64,000 bases of DNA from assembly GCA_002269645.1 (NCBI GenBank), contig NIVC01002137.1:62001-126000 (forward strand), in the 5' to 3' direction. This stretch comes from Macrostomum lignano. Taxonomy: Eukaryota. Position numbers and translations under genes: made by a program. Positions 28,915-40,969 of the stretch are shown piece after piece (position 1 is the first letter of the stretch; each line of letters starts with the position of its first letter). Below the pieces are notes generated by a model that searched no databases, was not told the origin of the DNA, and saw nothing but the letters and a program-made list of their open reading frames with translations.

Positions 28915-29170
28915 CAACTGACGTCATGCAGTTAGTCTCTTGGTAGCGCGATGCTAAAAATAGCCACTGACGTCATCTCGTTCGGCTCTTGGTAGCGCGA
29001 TGCTAAAAATAGTCACTGACCTCATGTAGTTCAACTATTGCTAGCTTGATGCTAAAAATAGTCACTTGACGTCATGCAGTTCAACTCTTTGTAGAAAAGC
29101 ATGATACTTCAAAATGGCAACTGACGTCATGCGTCTGAACAGTGCTTAATAAAAGCTTGACGTCATTTGA
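28915..29170. repeat. Degenerate ~50-bp repeat, each unit with a TGACGTCA (CRE) palindrome
   Basis: TGACGTCA at ~28919, 28968, 29067, 29122 and 29158; TGACCTCA at ~29017. Confidence 0.75.
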
Positions 29171-29264
29171 CTCTTTGTAGTAGTCTTTTCTAAAGCTTCA
29201 ACTATTTCGATTGTCCATTGCAGACCAAAGATTAAATCCAGTGTAAAATTTTGTTCACTTGCAA

Positions 29265-29573
29265 ATGACTTCGCCGTCAACAACAGCTACTGCTGAGGAG
29301 GAGCAGGCAGCCTCAGTCGATCAGCGCGCCGAACTGCGCAATCGATTTCTTCGAGCTCTGGAAGCTGCCGAAGGTCGCCCGATGACGCTCCGGTTTCACG
29401 GCTGTCGCCGGCCGCCACTGCAAGCCGATGAGTTTCTGGCCGCGGACATCAACTTCACGGCGCTGTGCGTCCGGGGCTTGGCCGCTCCGCTGGGCAAAGT
29501 GGACAAAGCTCTAATTCGAACCGGGGATCTGGTCTCCATGGCAACACTGGGAGACACCTGCGATAAACAATAA
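29265..29573 (+). CDS. GEMIN7: Gem-associated protein 7 (SMN complex), intronless
   Basis: DQRAELRNRFLRAL...FLAADINFTALCVRGLAAPLGKVDKALIRTGDLVS matches the Gemin7 Sm-like fold motifs. Confidence 0.88.
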   Translation: MTSPSTTATAEEEQAASVDQRAELRNRFLRALEAAEGRPMTLRFHGCRRPPLQADEFLAADINFTALCVRGLAAPLGKVDKALIRTGDLVSMATLGDTCDKQ

Positions 29574-29984
29574 TTATGCTTATTTGTTAATATGATTATT
29601 TCCTCTTGGTCACACTTGTTTGTCAGTTAATAGATGAGGCACATATTGTAAACTAGAAACTGTTCATAATATTTATCTCCTATGTAAGCTGCTCAACTTA
29701 GCAATAGCCATTATCAGGCTAATTGTCAGTATGAAATTGTTTTAATAAAACCGTATTGTGCGTCCAGTTACTATAAGTCTAATAATTCATCTGTGAATAT
29801 TTAACTTATACTATTGCACTCGCATAGATATTTGCTTTAGCATGTACTTACCGCACTACTGTCTATCAAGTAGTGCGTTTTTTCTTTCTAACAAATAGTG
29901 TTGTGCATTGCGTCATTTTTCATTTCAGTCTGATTAGTCAAAAACTGTTATTTGTCAGAAGTCAATTAGAGTAATGAAAGAGGG

Positions 29985-30320
29985 AAAGAGTAATGACCGG
30001 GGCAGAGGGAGAGTGTAATGACCGGGGCAGAGGGAGAGAGTAATGACCGGGGCAGAGGGAGAGAGTAATGACCGGGGCAGAGGGAGAGAGTAATGACCGG
30101 GGCAGAGGGAGAGAGTAATGACCGGGGCAGAGGGAGAGAGTAATGACCGGGGTAGAGGGAGAGAGTAATGACCGGGGCAGAGGGAGAGAGTAATGACCGG
30201 GGCAGAGGGAGAGAGTAATGACCGGGGCAGAGGGAGAGAGTAATGACCGGGGTAGAGGGAGAGAGTAATGACCGGGGCAGAGGGAGAGAGTAATGACCGG
30301 GGCAGAGGGAGAGAGTAATG
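29985..30320. repeat. 25-bp minisatellite (AGAGTAATGACCGGGGCAGAGGGAG)n
   Basis: About 13 near-identical copies between GEMIN7 and the TRIM gene. Confidence 0.96.
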
Positions 30321-30528
30321 GACTGTAAAGAAATCTCAGACAGGTTTCTGTTATATAGGAGAAAGATCACGCAGGACGTCTCAGTACTAAGATGAAGAAT
30401 GAGTTCTAGATGAAGCACTGGGCAGGTCTCGTAGATTAGGACTAAAACAGAAAAGACTCAACAAGCGCAAGGCCTGTCTGTCACACCCGACATGAACACC
30501 GTGTGTGCTTCAGCAGGCCTCGCAGCGG

Positions 30529-33500
30529 ATGGACCGACCATCGTCAGCCACCGACGATCTGGAAGACGAGCTGCTGTGTCCAGTGTGCCTAGACCTGTAC
30601 ACAGACCCCATTGTGCTGCCCTGCTCGCACAGCCTCTGCCGCGAATGCCTTCGCCGGACACTGTCCGCCGTTGGCCGACGCTGTCCGCAGTGTCGGCGCG
30701 ACCTGCCGTTCGGCGTCGGCGCCGATTTGGACGGCGCCGTGGCGGCGCTGCCCCGGAATCTGGCGCTGGCAGCGTTTGTTGCCAGATTTCGGGACGAGCA
30801 GCAGAGAAAGAGCCGGGCTAAAGAGCGTCAGCTGAAGCAGGCGGAGCTGGAGCAAAAGCGGCAAGTTTTGTTGCAGAAAAAGTCGCGGCAGGATGAAGAC
30901 GACGAGTCCTGCGGTTTAAGCTGCGAGCTGTGCCGCGGGGAGAGTGAGCAGTGCGTTGTTTGCGCCTTCATTTTTGTTGTTTTTTCTATAAGGAAAATCC
31001 CAATCATCAATATGAGAAATCCCAATCATCAATATGAGAAATCCCAATCATCAATATGAGAAACATGGTGACCACACCTGCACTATTTTAGTATTTTGCA
31101 CTATTTTTATTTTTCTGCTCAATTGCACAACTATTTTTGAAATACACTAATAAATTTCACTAACTGCTCAAAAACTTTGAGAAGTTGGTTCAACGTGAAG
31201 CTACGCAACGCAGGTTCAACGTTGAACCTGCTATCAGCCGCTCTTGACCAGGTTTGTAGCGACATGCTGCTCAGATTTGTTCGTCCTGACGTGGTGGAGG
31301 CGGCAACATCACTCTCCAATCTCTTCACTGCTGCAAAGGATCACTCTAACCAGCTAGTCAACGCTGAGCTGAGGAGCCAACATCAGGACCACTATTGGCC
31401 GCCTGCCCAAAATAGATCGAGTGGGCTTTTTAAGGCAGTGCGAGACTTCTATGTTGAGCTCACCAGTCGCTTCTTTGCCTACCTGCCATTGGAAAGCAAA
31501 CTTCTACGAGCTTGCGCTTTGTTGACCCACATCAACTGCTCGATCACCAATTGAATTTGGAAGAGACGGTCATCCTGATTGCTAAGGCTATGCCGACTGT
31601 AATTGAACCCGCTCGTCTAGACGACCTGTGACTGGAGGTCATTACGTTGCGTTGAATGCTTTGATTTAGGAGCTCGCTAGAGTCAAAGAACCGGAGAAGT
31701 TCTGGGCCGCATTGCCATGTGAGGAATTTCTATGCCTACTGCATAGAAACGCCGACAGTGAGCGGGTCATCAAATGGATTGCCAACAATGTCACGAAGCA
31801 GCGAAACCAGCTGGCCGATTATACACTGGACTGTCCTTTGTCCATCAAGTCCTGGCTAAAGGGAAAAAGAGCCATCCGATTTTTGCACTGACCGCTCGCT
31901 GTTGGTCCTCAGCTTTGATGCCTGTGCAAACGCTGAAGCACGTGCTAAGGCAAAGGAGCGTGAAGAAGTAATGAACCGGCTTCAGAAAAAGCTAAACATG
32001 CAGCGTCGGAAGGCCAATGAGCGGGAAAAGAAAAAAAGCAAGAGGACGAAGCTTCTGAACAAAAGGTAATCAACGAAATGAGAAAACATATCTGGCACAG
32101 GAGATGCTCCAAAAGGCGGATTAACGAAATCAACAAACAAGAAGTGAATCGCTGGACGATAATACCAGTAAAAACTTAACGTCTATATTAATTTGAGTTA
32201 AGACATGATTTGAGATATGATTTGAGACTGAATGATTTGATTTGAATATGATTTGAAATTGGCGCAGTGAAGTGGGAAGTCTGGAATTTGGAAATACATA
32301 AAAATCGTGTCAGTGTCACAGGGTTGTTGTCTGAGTTAAACAAATATATCACTGGATTCAAAAAAGTTTTTTAAAGGTTTTTGTGACTAGAAATGTAGTT
32401 TTTTTCTTTTCTGTTTGTTAATTATTTCACATAAAGCGATTTTTTTTTCCAAAAACAATGCCTAATGTTGCTGCTCAAAAAAATTTGTCCTGCTCAATTA
32501 TTTTCAAAATGCGCTGTGGTCACACTGATGAGAAATCCCAATCATCAATATGAGAAATCCCAATCATCAGCATGAGAAATCCCAGTCATCAGCATGAGAA
32601 ATCCCAATCATCATGAGAAATCCCAATCATCATGAGAAATCCCAATCATCAGCATGAGAAATCCCAATCATCATGAGAAATCCCATTCAATATGAGAAAT
32701 CCCAATCATCAATATGAGAAATCCCAATCATCATGAGAAATCCCATTCAATATGAGAAATCCCAATCATCAATATGAGAAATCCCAATCATCAATATGAG
32801 AAATCCCCAATCATCAATATGAGAAATCCCAATCATCATGAGAAATCCCATTCAATATGAGAAATCCCAATCATCAATGTGAGAAATCCCAATCATCAAT
32901 ATGAGAAATCCCAATCATCATGAGAAATCCCATTCAATATGAGAAATCCCAATCATCAATATGAGAAATCCCAATCATCAATATGAGAAATCCCCAATCA
33001 TCAATATGAGAAATCCCAATCATCATGAGAAATCCCATTCAATATGAGAAATCCCAATCATCAATGTGAGAAATCCCAATCATCAATATGAGAAATCCCA
33101 ATCATCATGAGAAATCCCATTCAATATGAGAAATCCCAATCATCAATATGAGAAATCCCAATCATCAATATGAGAAATCCCAATCATCAATATGAGAAAT
33201 CCCAATCATCATGAGAAATCCCATTCAATATGAGAAATCCCAATCATCAATGTGAGAAATCCCAATCATCAATATGAGAAATCCCAATCATCAATATGAG
33301 AAATCCCAATCATCAATATGAGAAATCCCAATCATCAATGTGAGAAATCCCAATTATCATCATGAGAAATCCCAATCATCTGCATGGGAAATCCCAATCA
33401 TCTGCATGGGAAATCCCAATCATCTGCATGGGAAATCCCAATCATCTGCATGGGAAATCCCAATCATCTGCATGGGAAATCCCAATCATCTGCATGGGAA

Positions 33501-36500
33501 ATCCCAATCATCTGCATGGGAAATCCAAATCATCATGAGAAATCCCAATCAGCATGAGAAATCCCAATCAGCATGAGAAATCCCAATCAGCATGAGAAAT
33601 CCCAATCAGCATGAGAAATCCCAATCAGCATGAGAAATCCCAATCATCAGCATGGGAAATCCCAATCATGAGAAATCCCAATCATCAGCATGGGAAATCC
33701 CAATCATGAGAAATCCCAATCATCAGCATGAGAAATCCCAAGCATCATGAGAAATCCCAGTCATCAGCATGAGAAATCCCAGTCATCAGCATGAGAAATC
33801 CCAATCATCATCATGGGAAATCCCACGCCCCCTGCAGCCGGCCAGCCGAGCTCTACTGTCCCCAGTGTGAGGTGGCCTATTGCACCGACTGCCTTCGTCG
33901 CTACCACCCGAGCCTCGGGCCCTTGCGTCGACACGCCGTAGTCCAACTAGCCGGAGACGCCGACGTTCTCAGACGCCTTAGGCGCTCCCTCCGCTATCGC
34001 CGAGGCCAGCAGCAGCCGCCGCAACCGCTGCCGCCTTCTTCGAGTGTCAACGGCGAGACGTCGAGGAGTCGCCAAAGTCAGCGCGGCGTCGGCGCCGGCG
34101 GCAGCCTCCCGCTGTGCCCCCGACATCCCGCCAACCAGATTCGACTGCACTGCGCCACCTGCGACGTCGGCGTCTGCACCGACTGTCTCGCCGTCGACGA
34201 CGACAGTCCCGAATCGATATCTGCGTCGATGTCGAGATCGGCCCCGTCGACATCGACGCCAGCTGGCCGACACGCCGGCCACTCGTTGATCACACTGACA
34301 GCGGCAGCCGAAGCTCGACGTGCCAAGTGTCGACAGCTTGGCGAGAAAGCCGCCGCCCTAGCGCTGGAAGTCGACAGAGAGGCGACATCGACCAGACGGG
34401 CAAGGGACCGGCTCAGGTCGACGATTGTCGAGGCCCGCCGCAGTCTGGAGCTGCAGAGTCGGCGGGCGGCGCTGGATTTGGCGGCGGCTGTCCGGGCGGT
34501 CCGGGCGGACGCGGAGGACCGGGCGGCGGCGCTTGAAGATGCCGCGGAGGCGGCGGCGCGGCTGGAGAGACAGCTGGCTGCTCAGGTGAATGACGGGTCA
34601 TGGATGTTGAATGACTGGTCATGCATATTGAATGACCGTTTATGGATATTGAATGACTGGTCATGCATATTGAATGACCGTTTATGGATATTGAATGACT
34701 GGTCATGCATATTGAATGACCGTTTATGAATATTGAATGACTGGTCATGCATATTGAATGAACGTTTATGAATATTGAATGACTGGTCGTGGATATGAAA
34801 TGACTGGTCATGGATGTGGAATGACTGGTCTTGCATACTGAATGACAGGTCATGCATATTGAATGACGGTTCATGCATATTAAATGACGGGTCATGGATA
34901 CTGGATGACGGGTCGTGCATATTGAATGACGGGTCTTGCATACTAAATGACGGGTCTTGCATACTGAATGACTGGTCATAGAGAATAAATAACTATAGTC
35001 ATGGATACTGAATGACTGATCTTACTTATTAAATGACGGGTCATATTCTCCAGAGTCGACTCTCCTCCCGGCTGACCCGAGTGTCCCGCCAGCTGCTGCA
35101 GTCGTCAGCCTCGCCGCCATCATCAGCCGGGACTTCCCTAGCAACCGATGCAGCCACTGACCAGACAGACCTGCAGGTGTCCGCCTACCTGGCCAGCCTT
35201 CGCCAGTTCGACCGCTGCTCCGACAAGGCGAGCTCGCTGGCCGACTCTGGCGCCGCTCTGCGCCTCGGCTTGGAGTCTCGGGCGGCCGACGCCAAGCAGC
35301 TGCCTGCAGAGTTCAACGACCGGCTGCGGCGACACCTGGCGGAGGTCTGGCTGCTGGCGGCGCCGCCGAGAGCCGGGCAGGAAGCTGACGAGGAGCGCAG
35401 GTGAGACGCGAGTGAGGTGCTGGCGGGACGGGACGTCTTGTGCTCTCTTATGGCTCTTCCCCTCCGTTTTCCCGCTTTCCCCTCCGTTTTCCCGCTTTCC
35501 CCTCCGTTTTCCCGCTTTCCCCTCCGTTTTTCCGCTTTCCCCTCCGTTTTCCCGCTTTTCCCTCCGTTTTCCCGCTTTCGCCTCCGTCTCCCCGCTTTCC
35601 CCTCCGTCTCCCGCTTTCCCCTCTGTCTCCCCACTTTCCCCTTTGTCTCCCCGCTTTCCCCTCCGTCTCCCCGCTTTCCCCTCCGTCTCCCGCTTTCCCC
35701 TCTGTCTCCCCGCTTTCCCCTCTGTCTCCCCGCTTTCCCCTCCGTCTCCCAAATTTTCCCTCCGTCTTCTTACTTTCCCCTCCCTCTCCCCACTATTCTT
35801 TCCGTTTCTCCCAACTTCTCTCCATCCTTCCATCTTCCCGTCTCTTCTGTCTCCCTGTTTCCCTTAATCCCTCAATTGCGACACGGAAGCTATCATATTC
35901 CCATTCAATCAATCCCGCGTGCTTTGCAGCTGCCGGCCACCTGGAACTGCCGGAAGCATTCCCGAATCTCGTCCTGATACCGCTTCAACTACTCATAGTA
36001 ATGGCGGCGGCGGCGGCGGCACTGGCAAGCCGTCGGCTGCGCAGGCGCTGTTCCCGCGCGAGGCGTCCACTTGGGGCTTCTCAACCGCCGTGTTCAGCCC
36101 CGACTGCCCAGTCTCTAATGGGACTTCGTGGACGATTCTGATTGGCTGGGGCCAGCACCAGCACCTGCATCAGCAGCCTCAGTGGTCGGATATTCTCGCT
36201 TCTACGGGCGTGTCAGAGCGTCCAATTTTGTCTGCTGGGAATTTTAATTCTTCTTCAAAGTCTTCTTCTTTGGCGCAGAAGCAGCAACAGCAGCAGCGAC
36301 TGTTGCTTGGCGACTGCGGATTCGGACTGATTGTGACTGAGCGCTGCGTCGCTTTCATTGCTAGAGGCGGAGAGCTGGCCCAGCAGCCTGTCTGCCGGCT
36401 GCCGCTATCGCCCGCTTCTTCTTCTTCTAGTAGCAGCAATGGCAGCGTTTCCTTGCGGGTTCGCATCCGCCTGTCCCTGCCGCCGCACGGCCCGGCTGCA

Positions 36501-36689
36501 CTGGCTTATGAAATCTCCGAACAACAACAGCAGCAGCAAGACTCTTCTTCTAGTAGCAGCAATGCTTCGCTTAGCGGAGTTGAACTGCTTGGCACGAGGT
36601 GCAGCAGCCTGTACCCTGTGCTGTGCGTCACCAGTCGAGTTCGAGTGCAGGTGCTCGAGCAGCCAGCTGCCGCGTTGGTTGCTAGGTGA
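30529..36689 (+). CDS. TRIM E3 ligase (RING, B-box1, B-box2, coiled coil, divergent SPRY-like C-terminus), TRIM9/67/MID-like
   Basis: Exons 30529-30950, 33838-34585, 35054-35400, 35930-36689, phase compatible. RING CPVC..PIVLPCSHSLCREC..CPQC. B-box1 CELC..LYCPQCEVAYCTDCLRRYHP..GPLRRH. B-box2 CPRH...LHCATCDVGVCTDC...HAGH. Confidence 0.9.
31064..32527 (+). mobile_element. Internally deleted hAT transposon
   Basis: TIRs CATGGTGACCACA / (reverse complement) CAGTGTGACCACA; 8-bp TSD ATGAGAAA; broken transposase inside. Confidence 0.88.
31177..31860 (+). pseudogene. hAT transposase C-terminal remnant with stops/frameshifts
   Basis: FKAVRDFYVELTSRFFAYLPLESKLLRACALL, then dimerisation-domain-like LHRNADSERVIKWIANNVTKQRNQL..TL...LSIKS. 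Confidence 0.8.
34586..35035. repeat. 21-bp minisatellite (TATTGAATGACTGGTCATGCA)n in TRIM intron 2
   Basis: About 20 copies filling the intron. Confidence 0.93.
35445..35750. repeat. 20-bp minisatellite (CCCTCCGTTTTCCCGCTTTC)n in TRIM intron 3
   Basis: About 15 copies. Confidence 0.93.
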
Positions 36690-37834
36690 ACTGTTGCTCT
36701 AGATCTCACTCTAGACTGCAGATTTTCAAACACCAGGCTTTGTCGTCAGATTTTGGCCATAGACAAAAACTCATAAAACCCCAGCTGGGTTGAGGCATTG
36801 CGGGACAATGTTGCCTTGTTGCGAATATTTACATACTAAATAGTTATTTCATATTACATATTATTATCGTTAGTATATATTAACTCTGCCCCACAGATTC
36901 TACGATAACTAAATGGGCCACTCAGGCACCTTTACCTAGTAAAACAGCTGTCTACTTTCAGTTCAGTAGCAAAGAAGAATGCATAAGCTATTTTATAAAA
37001 ATAAAGGCGGCTAAAATAACTTTGATAAGTTTAGAAGCTGAAGCTTACAGGTTTAAACAACTTGCTAATTGGTTCAGCAATAATGTACATTAGCCAGTCC
37101 ACTGAAATGTACATGGCAGATTTAGGCTGGAATTCCGAGAAAGGCAATAAAAACTGGGGCTGGGAGGGTGGAAAGGCTCGGTTGGAGGGTTCAATAAATG
37201 AGCCTTGGCTTTAAAAATACATTAAAATGCTTCTGTTTAACTTACTACTGAACTGAAAGTAGCTCACACGCAAATTTGCTGAGTATCTATCTTAAAGTAT
37301 CTATGCTCTAGCCCAATCAAAAAAATTCCTTTGATTGCTAAGCAGAAAATTTTATTGTCTTTCTTAACTGTTTAAGATTTTTTAAGCATTCCAACAGGTT
37401 CTTTAATAAAATTATTTGCCTAGCTATTAAACGATTTAATCGATTTACTGCTTGTTTTTGCATCCAACCCTTGTTATATCGGGTCACAAAACTGTAATCT
37501 CATTTCAGTTCGGTGTTTCTGCATTGACTCTCATTACTATTGTACTGAAATTAAATTCAAACTATATGCTTCGTAAAATGCGTGATCCAGTTCATAATGT
37601 AGTTCTTTTTTAACTAGGTGATGTTTTTGGCTAAGTTTTTGTTCTTCTGATCTTATTATTTATTTTTATAAACATATTTGAATTAGTTAAAATACATAAT
37701 TTGACATAAGGTTTTTTTGGGTTTGTCTTTCTTGCAATTGTTAATATGAAGCACACTTTAATTTTGTTTTTTTTCTTTTTTCCTACTTTAAGTAGTGACA
37801 ACTGGATTCAAATTTAGTAGTTTTTAGGGTGTAG

Positions 37835-38150
37835 GAAAGGGCGGTGGTGTGGTAGGTGTAGTAAAGAGCGGTGGGGTGGTGGGTGTAGGAAAGAGCGGTG
37901 GGGTGGTGAGTGTAGGATAGAGCGGTGGGGTGGTGGGTGTAGGATAGAGCGGTGGGGTGGTGGGTGTAGGATAGAGCGGTGGGGTGTTGGGTGTAGGATA
38001 GAGCGGTGGGGTGGTGGGTGTAGGAAAGAGCGGTGGGGTGTTGGGTGTAGGATAGAGCGGTGGGGTGGTGGGTGTAGGAAAGAGCGGTGAGTGGTGGGTG
38101 TAGGATAGAGCGGTGGGGTGGTGGGTGTAGGAAAGAGCGGTGGGGTGGTT
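37835..38150. repeat. 27-bp G-rich minisatellite (GGGTGTAGGATAGAGCGGTGGGGTGGT)n
   Basis: About 11 copies. Confidence 0.94.
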
Positions 38151-38869
38151 GTTGAGTAAGGAAAGACCGGGGAGATTGAAATAGTAAGAAAAAGTGTTAT
38201 TGTTGAGGAGTTGATGAAGCAGAGACTGATTACAGTGGCAGAGCAATAGGAGCAGAATTTAGATATTCAAGGCGGCTAGTTCCATTTGGTTTTGTTGGGC
38301 TTATATTGTAATTTTCTGTTTAAACAGTTGCTTGTTACAAGCATTAGAGCTGGGTAAATGCAGCGATTTATTATTTATTAAATAAACCGGTTTGATTCTA
38401 ATCACAATATAGTAAATCTCTAAGATCTTTACCTTCTCTTACGCTTTATACACCGAGTAAGTAGTACGGTTGGCTATTTTTTCCCCAAATATAAACGGCA
38501 ACGCCTAATCAAGGAGCCAACCAATCAGCTTGCATTCCTCGGCTTGTATAAAAAAGGACAGTTTTATACAATTTAGACAGTCTCTTATGCTAAACTGCTG
38601 CCAAATAAGTTCTCAAATTTTTACTGGTAGTGCTTGCGTTGTGAGCAGTCCGGGTCCTAATTAACACTTTAAATCTAAATCTAGTATAATATGGAAGTTG
38701 CTGGAGGAGTGCTACTGTTTTAGTGTCTACTTTATCGATTAGAATTTTTCGACTATCAGACCGGTGAGTAATTGGGTGATATTTGCGGTACTAGGAGAAA
38801 TTTTGGCTCTTTTCATGAGGTACTGCTTCCTTCTGCTCCCCTCATCTTGATTTCATTTTTTTCCTCCGC

Positions 38870-39240
38870 ATCCTCTCCTCCCTCCACATCCTCTCCTCCC
38901 TCCACTTGGAGCATCTCCCTCCAAATCCCCTCCAGCATCCCCCGTATCCCCTCTATCTCCCCCTCCGCATCTCCGTCTCCCCCTCCCCATCCCCTCCATC
39001 TCCCCCTCCGCATCCCCTCCGTTTCCCCCTCCGCATCCCCTCCGCCTCCCCTCTGCATCCCCTCCAGCATCCCCTGTATCCCCTCCATCTCCCCCTCCGC
39101 ATCCCCTCCATCTCCCCCTGCGCATCCCCTCCATCTCCCCCTGCGCATCCCCTCCGTCTCCCCCTCCGCATCCCCTCCGCCTCCCCCTTCGAATCCCCTC
39201 CATCTCCCCCTCCACATCCTCTGCATCTCCCCTGCCGTAC
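38870..39240. repeat. C-rich degenerate minisatellite (CATCCCCTCCATCTCCCCCTCCG-like)
   Basis: Repeated CATCCCCTCC units. Confidence 0.85.
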
Positions 39241-39974
39241 CCCTCCTTCCCTATCTATAAATCTTAGCACCTGTACAACGCTAATCTTTATCCGCTATAT
39301 CATCTAATTATCTCATGATTCTGTAAATTTATAAGATCTTAAAGCCACTCTATTATTAATATAACTAATTCATATATAGTTGGGGCTGTCAGTGCCCAGT
39401 CTGCACTTTTATATGTACATGTGAGGGAGTAAAAATGTACAGGTACACTGGCATGAGTCTAGCACCGCTATAAGTCCAATCTAAGTGCGCAGCTATTCAT
39501 CAATGACCAGTCAGAGTGAGACAGGGCTATAGCTCTTATCTATTAATGGCCATTAGCTAAAACTATAGCCATCAAATTGCAATGAATTATCTGAACAGCA
39601 AAGACCATTGAGTCAGCCGATCAATAATTCATAATGCCCAGTTGACAGCCAAACCATGCAACAGAAGCAAGCTGGCTGAAGTTAAGGCCAAATTTATTCC
39701 ACTTTTTATGCTTTTTAGTAGAAATTCGCGAGAAATGAGGAAAAACTTCGTGTTGAGATTTTTAGCAACTTCCTCTGTATTCGATAATTGATTTCATGGT
39801 TTCACAATTCTAATTCAGAGCAAGCATTGGTTGGTGCGATGGCAACTTGCCAAGGACTGCCATTTGCAATCGGTTTATGTACATCCTGGATTTGAAAACT
39901 GTCAGACCGAAACACCGTTCATTAGCATGATTGTCTGGCCTAGAAATCAGGGCTTCTCAGTGTTACAGCTTTTA

Positions 39975-40400
39975 GGGGATGGCACCAAATTTTAATAGAG
40001 ATGGCGCCGAAATATAATCGTCAGGGATGGCGCCAAATTGTAATAGTCAGAGATGGCGCCAAAATATAATCATCAGGGATGGCGCCAAAATATAATCGTC
40101 AGGAATGGGGCCAAAATATAATCGTCAGGAATGGCGCCAAAGTATAATCGTCAGGAATGGGGCCAAGTTATAATCGTCAGGAATGGCGCCAAATTATAAT
40201 CGTCGGGAATGGCGCCAAAATAGATTCGTCAGGAATGGCGCCAAAATATAATAGTCAGGAATGGCGCCAAAATATAATAGTCAGGAATGGCGCCAAAATA
40301 TAATAGTCAGGAATGGCGCCAAATTATAATCGTCAGGGATGGCGCCAAAATATAAATAGTCAGGAATGGCGCTAAACGGCAATTATCAGGAATGGCGCCA
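39975..40400. repeat. 26-bp minisatellite (CAGGAATGGCGCCAAAATATAATCGT)n
   Basis: About 16 copies. Confidence 0.94.
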
Positions 40401-40969
40401 AAAATAGTCAGCACAGGCGCTAAAATCAAGCCCGCCGGGCGCAAATGGTTCCGAATTCCAATCCAGGTCTAGTAGTAGTCCATGGCCTCAGTCGTCCATG
40501 GCTTGTAAAAATTTTATGACTGATGATTATAAAATCGGCAAAGTCGCTGATGACTGGACTCTTGACGGCTATTAGAGCCTCCGGGTGTCCCCAGGGGCCT
40601 TGAAATTGCTTTCTACTCGATCAGTGGCTGAGTGGCCACTGCAGGCAGGCGGAGGCGCATCGAGGGAATTTCCCAGAAAAAAACAGTTTACACAATAAAA
40701 TTCCAATTCGCGACTGTCGCCGCCTTTTAAATTGACTTTTCGATGCATTGCGACGCCGTCAACGAGCGAAATTGGGAAAAAATTAAATTCCCAAATCCAC
40801 AATTGTCTGCGTCAATTTTTACTGGAAACCGAGCCATGTACATCAGTGTAAATAGTATCGTAAATGTACAAATCGGCATGGCTTTTACCGCAAAAAATTG
40901 AATAAAAAAAGCGCCAAAATCAGGTCGCAAACGCCGTAAATTGAGTGAAGAGAGGCACTAATATTTACT

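Larger units (their letters stand above)
30990..33825. repeat. 19-22-bp minisatellite (ATGAGAAATCCCAATCATC[AAT])n in TRIM intron 1, interrupted by a hAT element
   Basis: Copies at 30990-31063 and 32528-33825. Confidence 0.96.

Noticed and set aside
38560-39950. Exon-like segments and decayed ORFs after a CCAAT/TATA-like stretch
   Set aside because: Stops in all frames and no recognisable homology; not supportable as a feature.
40515-40635. Possible C/D snoRNA (TGATGA...CTGA boxes)
   Set aside because: No terminal stem or recognisable rRNA-complementary guide, and not in a supported intron.
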